Of a stretch of DNA of 13,673 bases, positions 8,422 through 13,673 are shown in pieces. The first letter of the stretch is position 1. Each line of letters begins with the position of its first letter. This stretch comes from Candidatus Margulisiibacteriota bacterium (lineage in GTDB: Bacteria > Margulisbacteria > WOR-1 > O2-12-FULL-45-9), in assembly GCA_043816785.1 (NCBI GenBank), contig JBDRHP010000039.1, forward strand, positions 1 through 13,673, given 5' to 3'. A program made the translations under genes and the position numbers. The notes beneath the pieces were generated by a model. It was not told the DNA's origin. It ran no database searches and saw nothing but the letters and a program-made list of their open reading frames with translations.

Positions 8422-9302
8422 ATTTCTTTGAGTTCATACTTTCTAAAACCCAGGCCGATCTTTTCAGCGTGTTTTAATTGTACGCTCCAATCAACATTCG
8501 GCCAGAGTTCTCTGAATTTATCGTTTGATTTAATTCGACCGTCTGTTTTATTTACCATATCAACGCATGCCTGGTCAAGTGCGACTGGATCAAAAGAGGC
8601 CAGGATACCGACGTCAGGAATAATTGGTTCCGAGTTAAAATCATAGCAGTCGCAATTCTCTGAAACATCGGTGATGAAGTTGATGTAAGCGGTTTTGTTT
8701 TTGAGTTTAGTGGCAACGCCAGCTGCATACTCTGCCATTTTTTCCTGGACTGAATCAGAAGAACCGACCCAGCATGATTCAATGTTCTCTTTTTTACGGC
8801 AGTTTGGTTTTGCTTTGCAGTTGTCGCAATCCGAATGTTGTTCCAGTTTGTCCGCGCGGGAAGCCAATCCCATTCCGAGATTTTTTATCGCGCCGCCAAA
8901 ACCGGTCAATTCATGGCCTTTAAAATGGCTGATAGCGATCAGCGCGTCAGTTTTGACCACATGATCAAGCCCGTCGAGCCCATCAGCAATCAAAACATGA
9001 GCCCCGGTTTTGCCGGCAGTGTAGCCGTGGTCAAAGGCGGTCTGGAGGTGGTCCAGGGTGTTGCTGCGCGAACCTTTATATAATGTGTTGGAGTCCAGCC
9101 AAAAGGGTTTGGCTTTTAATGCTTTGACTTTTTTAACAACAGGTTTGGCGCGATCTGATTTTACGTACGCATTGTTCCCGCGCTCGCCAAAATGGATCTT
9201 AAGCGCGACAAAGTCATCTTTGGCGATATTTTTTCCAAGTTGAGCCGCGTCAAACAGCTTAGCAACCTGGTCTGGGTCCTTGGTGAAGAAAACTTGTGAC
9301 AT
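8418..9302 (-). CDS. DUF362-family putative Fe-S protein (shortened variant)
   Basis: ALKIHFGE, NTLY.GSR, IADGL, SHFKGHE..GFGGAIKNLGMG, CDC, PDVGILASFDPVALDQAC, AEKIGLG motifs. Confidence 0.88.
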   Translation of the reverse strand: MSQVFFTKDPDQVAKLFDAAQLGKNIAKDDFVALKIHFGERGNNAYVKSDRAKPVVKKVKALKAKPFWLDSNTLYKGSRSNTLDHLQTAFDHGYTAGKTGAHVLIADGLDGLDHVVKTDALIAISHFKGHELTGFGGAIKNLGMGLASRADKLEQHSDCDNCKAKPNCRKKENIESCWVGSSDSVQEKMAEYAAGVATKLKNKTAYINFITDVSENCDCYDFNSEPIIPDVGILASFDPVALDQACVDMVNKTDGRIKSNDKFRELWPNVDWSVQLKHAEKIGLGFRKYELKEI

Positions 9303-9317
9303 TTTTTTCTATGGCTC

Positions 9318-9386
9318 GGAGCCTGAGAATGAACTTCTCGGCTCCTCGCATTTGGAAACCGCGACGTTCAGTCGCAGGTTTCCAAA
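9318..9386. repeat. Pair of inverted bulged hairpins (REP-like element or structured RNA)
   Basis: GGAGCC-T-GAGAA-[TGAAC]-TTCTC-GGCTCC (9318-9345), 5 nt spacer, then TTTGGAAACC-GCGAC-[GTTCA]-GTCGC-A-GGTTTCCAAA (9351-9386). Confidence 0.85.
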
Positions 9387-9390
9387 ACAT

Positions 9391-10035
9391 TTAATCCTCG
9401 CTTTCTTCAGCTAATTCGGCCACTTTCCTATGAAACTCCAGCGCATGCTTAATTTCCTGCATATCCTGCCAGGTAAACCATTTTGGTTTGCCTTTTTCCT
9501 TTGACGGATTACGCAGGAGATAAGCGGGGTGGAACAGGGGCATGACCGAGATTTCTGTGCCAGGCAGTTTAGTCCACTGGCCGCGGATCTTAGAGATCGG
9601 CTCATCTATCTTAAGGATGGCTTTAACAGCCGGTGTTCCGGCTAAGAGTATGATCTTTGGCTTTACATGTTTTATCTGGGCTTCAAGATAAGGCCGGCAA
9701 GCTTCTTGTTCTTTGGGCAGGGGCGCGCGATTTTCCGGTGGCCGGCATTTGACTGTATTGGCGATATAGATATCGTCGGGTCTTTTGATATCAACGGATT
9801 CCAGGATCTTTGTTAAAAGCTTTCCAGCTCTGCCGACAAAAGGCAAACCTTGCTCGTCTTCATCCGCGCCTGGCGCTTCGCCGATCAGCATAATGTCGCA
9901 GGGAACTGGGCCAGAGCCAAAAACAACCTTGTTTCTGCCTTTATGCAGCTGGCATTTAGTACATTTATCTGCCAGGGCTTTGACTTTATCAAAAGGCAAA
10001 GAGAGCAGATCCCGTTCATTAGAAAATAGGTCCAT
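9391..10035 (-). CDS. udg: Uracil-DNA glycosylase, family 4 ([4Fe-4S] type)
   Basis: CTKCQL, GEAPGADED, PFVGRAG, NTVKCRPPENR, EACRPYL, FHPAYLLR motifs. Confidence 0.95.
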   Translation of the reverse strand: MDLFSNERDLLSLPFDKVKALADKCTKCQLHKGRNKVVFGSGPVPCDIMLIGEAPGADEDEQGLPFVGRAGKLLTKILESVDIKRPDDIYIANTVKCRPPENRAPLPKEQEACRPYLEAQIKHVKPKIILLAGTPAVKAILKIDEPISKIRGQWTKLPGTEISVMPLFHPAYLLRNPSKEKGKPKWFTWQDMQEIKHALEFHRKVAELAEESED

Positions 10036-10043
10036 TTGTGCGA

Positions 10044-10072
10044 ATTTTAGCAGAGATAAAGGGGAAAATCAA
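10044..10072 (-). promoter_or_regulatory. Putative udg operon promoter (near-leaderless)
   Basis: TTGATT (10072-10067), 17 nt spacer, TAAAAT (10049-10044), with extended TG; only 8 nt between the -10 and the ATG. Confidence 0.65.
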
Positions 10073-10074
10073 AC

Positions 10075-11091
10075 CTAGATAGACAATCTATATCTGGTTG
10101 CCCGACTCTGACCTTCTTTTATTATTAATCTGCTTTTTATAAGGGGACTTAGGATCTGGTTTATTCTGGATCGTGTGACTTTTAGTCTTTTTATTAGCTC
10201 AGCTCCGCTTAATGATGGATTATCCCTTAATATTCGCAAGACTTCTTCCTGCCGCGGAGAAATGTTTATTCTAGAGATTGAAGAAACCTGTAAGTCTTCA
10301 AGGCGCTTCTTTACATCCTTTAAGGTGGTAACAATGCCTGCGGCTACATATTCGATCCAAAGAGTTAAATCATTATCTAATTCTCTAGCTTGTTCGATCT
10401 TTTGGTAATATTGTTTTCGGTCATTGGCAAAGAAATCATCTAAACTAAAGAGGTGTTTTGTGTCAAGTCCTCGCTGATAAAGGATTAATGTTCCCAAAGC
10501 TCTGGCGATTCTGCCATTCCCGTCAGAAAAGGGATGGATAGAGACCAGCCGATGATGGAATATTGCGCAGACAGGAATAGGATGTAATTCTTTGGTTTCT
10601 TTTGAATTGATCCAAGCTAAAAGTTCCCTGGTTGATCTTATTGTTTCTTTTGGCGGGGGTGGAGTGTATATTTTGATCCCTTTTTCATTTATGACATAGT
10701 TTTGCTTGTCTTTATATATTCCGCACTTTGAATCTGGCTGCAGGCCCCGCATTAGAAGCTTGTGTAAATAAAGAAGGTTTTTTTCGTTTATCCTTGAAAC
10801 TGGCCTTTTTTCGATCCAGCGCATGACCCTTAGATAATTAGCGACTTCAATTTCTTGGGAGCGGGGAGCGCCAGTTTTTTCCCCGCGGTCAATCGCCTGG
10901 ACTTGGGAGAGTGTTAAGAAATTGCCTTCGATCGAAGTGGATGAATGCGTAGCTCTGGCTCTGGCTTCTTTTTGTAAAATAGGGAGCCAGGCGACCTGCA
11001 GGGGGGTTAATTCAATCCATGAATGCAGCTTGCTTGCCTCACCAATAAGATTTAATAAATATGGAGATATGCGAAAAATTGGCTTATACAT
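10075..11091 (-). CDS. Class II Fic-domain protein with C-terminal winged HTH
   Basis: Canonical Fic motif HPFSDGNGRIAR, N-terminal inhibitory motif STSIEGN, and a C-terminal wHTH-like segment (RQEEVL..LSGAELIKRLKVTRSRINQIL..GQSRATRY). Visibly AT-richer than its neighbours. Confidence 0.93.
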   Translation of the reverse strand: MYKPIFRISPYLLNLIGEASKLHSWIELTPLQVAWLPILQKEARARATHSSTSIEGNFLTLSQVQAIDRGEKTGAPRSQEIEVANYLRVMRWIEKRPVSRINEKNLLYLHKLLMRGLQPDSKCGIYKDKQNYVINEKGIKIYTPPPPKETIRSTRELLAWINSKETKELHPIPVCAIFHHRLVSIHPFSDGNGRIARALGTLILYQRGLDTKHLFSLDDFFANDRKQYYQKIEQARELDNDLTLWIEYVAAGIVTTLKDVKKRLEDLQVSSISRINISPRQEEVLRILRDNPSLSGAELIKRLKVTRSRINQILSPLIKSRLIIKEGQSRATRYRLSI

Positions 11092-11100
11092 GGCTGATGT

Positions 11101-11143
11101 ATTGTAGCATTTGCGTCAAGTTTGTGTCAAGGGTTGCGTCAAG
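11101..11143 (-). promoter_or_regulatory. fic promoter overlapped by three 10-bp direct repeats
   Basis: TTGACA (11130-11125), 18 nt spacer, TGcTACAAT (-10 at 11106-11101). Plus-strand repeats TTGCGTCAAG 11111, TTGTGTCAAG 11122, TTGCGTCAAG 11134. Confidence 0.75.
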
Positions 11144-11155
11144 ATGGTATTGAGT

Positions 11156-11182
11156 GAAATTTTTCTATCTGAGTCCCGATGT
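11156..11182 (+). promoter_or_regulatory. Possible sigma28-like promoter
   Basis: GAAA-N15-CCCGATGT versus the FliA consensus TAAA-N15-GCCGATAA. Confidence 0.4.
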
Positions 11183-11208
11183 AGTTCTGGTTGAAAGGGG
11201 ATAATATT

Positions 11209-11652
11209 ATGGGAATTATTTCACGCGCAAAATTAGTTGCTCTGCCTTTTTTTACGGCTGACCGGATAGCTCGTTATATGGCGGCTGGACAGCTGACCAG
11301 CAAGCAAGTGGTTAAGTATGCTGTGCAAAGCGACTTTGTAATGACACAGAAGGCCTGGAAAGTTTTAAATGCTGACCCATCTTTGATTGTCAGGTTGGAG
11401 TGCCGCAAAGGGATTGGGCTTGCTTATTTTGGCGAGGATGTGGGCCGGCTCTTGACCCAGAAAGAAATAAAGCCGATAACAGTTGCCAAAGTGCTGGTTA
11501 AGCTTATTCCTAAAAATGGATTTACTGATGAACAAGTTTATGCCGCGTCCCGGGTCATTAGCTCGCACTCCATAGCTAATCAAGGAGAAATTATTACTGA
11601 ACTGGCCAAGCTGAACTACGGGTTAGGCAAGGCGATCCACGCGGTTCTGTAG
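11209..11652 (+). CDS. Hypothetical protein (147 aa), no recognised domain
   Basis: Fills the gap between fic and the next operon. SD-like AAGGGG precedes ATG 11209, which is preferred over TTG 11191. Confidence 0.7.
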   Translation: MGIISRAKLVALPFFTADRIARYMAAGQLTSKQVVKYAVQSDFVMTQKAWKVLNADPSLIVRLECRKGIGLAYFGEDVGRLLTQKEIKPITVAKVLVKLIPKNGFTDEQVYAASRVISSHSIANQGEIITELAKLNYGLGKAIHAVL

Positions 11653-11682
11653 CTGCTGTTAGCTTCGCGACTTACCCAACAA

Positions 11683-11716
11683 TTGATTGACATCAACACC
11701 CCGCCAATGCGACAAT
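11683..11716 (+). promoter_or_regulatory. Promoter overlapped by a TTGAT-N4-ATCAA (FNR-type) palindrome
   Basis: TTGAT-TGAC-ATCAA 11683-11696; TTGACA 11687-11692, 18 nt spacer, TGcGACAAT (-10 at 11711-11716). Confidence 0.65.
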
Positions 11717-11736
11717 ACCACACAGAGGTGATCAAA

Positions 11737-11946
11737 ATGGATAAAAATAAACGCAAATTCATCGGTCTGACTATTTTCAGCACAGCTATCAGTGTGATCC
11801 TGTCAATTGGCCTTGCAAAATTATTTCCCAGGTTAATGAAAAAGTGTAAGGAAAAATGCGAGGCAGGAGGCTTTGAGCCGCCGGCACTTTGCAAAAAGAT
11901 AATGGACAGGTGCTGCCCGGATGACTCAAAAAAATCGGGGAGGTAA
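11737..11946 (+). CDS. Small Cys-rich single-TM hypothetical protein (69 aa)
   Basis: SD GAGGTG then ATG 11737. Basic N-terminus, one hydrophobic helix, five Cys (CKEKC, C, CC). Its stop abuts the tspO SD. Confidence 0.7.
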   Translation: MDKNKRKFIGLTIFSTAISVILSIGLAKLFPRLMKKCKEKCEAGGFEPPALCKKIMDRCCPDDSKKSGR

Positions 11947-11950
11947 CATT

Positions 11951-12421
11951 GTGAGTATTATTACTGGCATTGTTTGGATTGTGATCTCTTTTGTTGCCGG
12001 TGGAGTAGGCCAACTGGCCACAGGTCCGTCAATCCCTACTTGGTACGCTACTTTGAACCGTCCAGCCATTGCGCCGCCAAATTGGCTTTTTGGCCCGGTC
12101 TGGACCTTGCTTTATATTTCCATGGGTATTGCCGCGGCTATTATCTGGCAAAAGGGTATTGCTAATAAAGTGGTCAAGGTAGCGATCATTATCTTCCTAA
12201 TCCAGCTGGTCTTGAATGGTCTCTGGTCTTTTATTTTCTTTGGCTGGCACTGGCTCTTCATCGCTTTCATCGAGATCCTCGTCATGTGGTTCTTTATTGT
12301 TTTAACGATCGTAAAATTCTATGCGCTTTCTCCAACGGCTGGCTTGATCATGGTTCCGTATTTGCTGTGGGTTACTTTTGCTTCGATCTTGAATTTTTCT
12401 TTTTGGTGGATTAACCGGTAG
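11951..12421 (+). CDS. tspO: TspO/MBR tryptophan-rich sensory protein
   Basis: WYATLNRP..APPNWLFGPVWTLLY, LNGLWSFIFFG, PYLLWVTFASILN motifs. GTG 11951 has SD GGAGG at 11939-11943; ATG 11921 is the alternative start. Confidence 0.95.
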   Translation: MSIITGIVWIVISFVAGGVGQLATGPSIPTWYATLNRPAIAPPNWLFGPVWTLLYISMGIAAAIIWQKGIANKVVKVAIIIFLIQLVLNGLWSFIFFGWHWLFIAFIEILVMWFFIVLTIVKFYALSPTAGLIMVPYLLWVTFASILNFSFWWINR

Positions 12422-13673
12422 GCTTCTTTTTCTTGATAAAAGTCAGTTCCCGGCTGAGCAGGCCAAAAGCCCTGATCCCAGAGACATCATAAAGCAGCAT
12501 GCGTAAACGAACATTCTCCACCTGCTTGACCTCCTTGACCGTATAGCGCATGGTCACCGCGGTCAGGAAGCGTCCAAGGGCCGAGATGATCAGGAGCGTA
12601 AAAAAGCTGCTGCCCCAAAGCGGCGGCAGAAAACGGTAAAGGAAGCCGCCCAGCAGAGCGCCGATGCCCAGGCCGAGCCCGGCCAAAAAGTTATAATAAG
12701 ACAAACATCTTTCCCGCTTGGCCGTGATCGCCGCGTCATAGATAAAATTGGCTGACGCCAGGTTAAAGCCCGCCCAGCCAATGCCCGCGATCAGCTGGAT
12801 CAGGATAAGGTAGGGCTTGTCCGTGGAAAAGATCCAGAGCAAGGGGATGATGGAAATGAACAGGGCATTGAGCAGGAAGATTTTTCTGTTGCCGTACTTG
12901 TCAGCGAAAACACCCCAGTAGTTCTGCAGCACCATGGTGGCAAAGGCTGCCGCGCCCATGATCAAAGTAAAGCTTAAGTAATCGAACTTCAGGTCGCGCA
13001 GCAGATAGACAGCAAAGAAAGGCGAGACCAGGGCCACGAACACGTAAAAGAGCGAGACCAGGACAGCGAACCGGGCGAAGTTGCTGACCGGGAGGCGCTT
13101 GACGAACTGGAAAAAGGTGAACTGGTCGGTCTTTTGCGGTTTCCAGTCTGGTTCATAGAGCCGGGTCAAAAAGGTCCAGGAGATGAAGCGGCTGATCGCG
13201 GCCGCGGCCATCAGGATAAAGAAGCCCCAGAACAGGCTGATGTTGTGGAAGAAGTAGAGCACCAGACCGGCCAGGAGCACGCTTAGGCTGTAGACCAGGC
13301 CGAGCACGGTGCCGCGCCAGCCAAAGTACTGGCCCCGGCGGTTGGGCGGGATATATTCTGAGATGAGCGAGGCCCAGGCTGGCGTAGCCAGCATATTGAT
13401 CGATGAGGTCAGAGTGAACATGATGATGAAGATTGGCACTTTCCAGCTGCCAAAAAGGAACGGGACAAGATAGGTTGGCAGCCAGAGCAAGGCCGCGGTC
13501 AGAACGCTGAGGGTTATGAATTTTTTGCGCGAGCCAATGCGGCTGGTGATGGCGGCTGAATTGATCTGCATAATGGCGACAAACGAGTTGCGCACAAAGT
13601 TGAGCACGCCGATCCAGATGCCGCTGGCGCCGAGGAACAGAGCCAGGGGTGTGATGAACTGGTCAATGATGCC
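12411..13673 (-). CDS. MFS transporter (5'-truncated by the window)
   Basis: Frame is open to the window edge (GIIDQFITPLALFLGASGIWIGVLNFVR...). Many TM segments; motifs YIPPNRRGQYFG and WGVFADKYGNRK. Convergent 11-nt overlap with tspO. Confidence 0.9.
   Translation of the reverse strand, partial: GIIDQFITPLALFLGASGIWIGVLNFVRNSFVAIMQINSAAITSRIGSRKKFITLSVLTAALLWLPTYLVPFLFGSWKVPIFIIMFTLTSSINMLATPAWASLISEYIPPNRRGQYFGWRGTVLGLVYSLSVLLAGLVLYFFHNISLFWGFFILMAAAAISRFISWTFLTRLYEPDWKPQKTDQFTFFQFVKRLPVSNFARFAVLVSLFYVFVALVSPFFAVYLLRDLKFDYLSFTLIMGAAAFATMVLQNYWGVFADKYGNRKIFLLNALFISIIPLLWIFSTDKPYLILIQLIAGIGWAGFNLASANFIYDAAITAKRERCLSYYNFLAGLGLGIGALLGGFLYRFLPPLWGSSFFTLLIISALGRFLTAVTMRYTVKEVKQVENVRLRMLLYDVSGIRAFGLLSRELTFIKKKKPTG

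Noticed and set aside
9318..9386. Hairpins as an intrinsic terminator, CRISPR repeats or an attC site
   Set aside because: No U-tract follows either hairpin on the transcribed minus strand. There are only two dissimilar units with no spacers or cas genes. There are no RYYYAAC/GTTRRRY ends.
7774..11091. Fic + UDG + exonuclease as an anti-phage defence system
   Set aside because: udg has its own promoter immediately after the fic stop and looks like ordinary housekeeping; composition differs from fic; no defence hallmarks.
11683..11736. TTG 11683 start for the small ORF
   Set aside because: It lies in the promoter/operator; the SD supports ATG 11737.
13605..13607. MFS start at 13607
   Set aside because: This is an internal GTG (Val); the frame stays open to the window end.

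Overview
Compact bacterial chromosomal region, mostly housekeeping genes, with no RNA genes, CRISPR array or transposase. The minus strand carries a K+-uptake operon (DUF502, two TrkA/Ktr RCK proteins, TrkH, then a truncated probable exported protein), leuA, and a udg - DUF362 - DEDDh exonuclease - pta - pmbA string. It also carries an AT-rich class II Fic-HTH gene and a 5'-truncated MFS transporter. The plus strand carries a stand-alone Lrp/AsnC ligand-binding domain, an orphan ORF, a small Cys-rich membrane protein and tspO. The notable signals are non-coding or sub-genic: (1) two inverted hairpins at 9318-9386 with the same bulge/loop architecture, different stems and mutually complementary loops; (2) a two-armed degenerate heptamer repeat at 121-222 that supplies the putative signal peptide of the gene after trkH and leaves its coupled start out of frame; (3) a perfect TTGAT-N4-ATCAA box over the -35 of the small-protein/tspO operon; (4) three TTGYGTCAAG repeats over the fic promoter; (5) a DUF362 protein with a shrunken Cys module. 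All calls come from reading the sequence and recalled family motifs. No searches were run.
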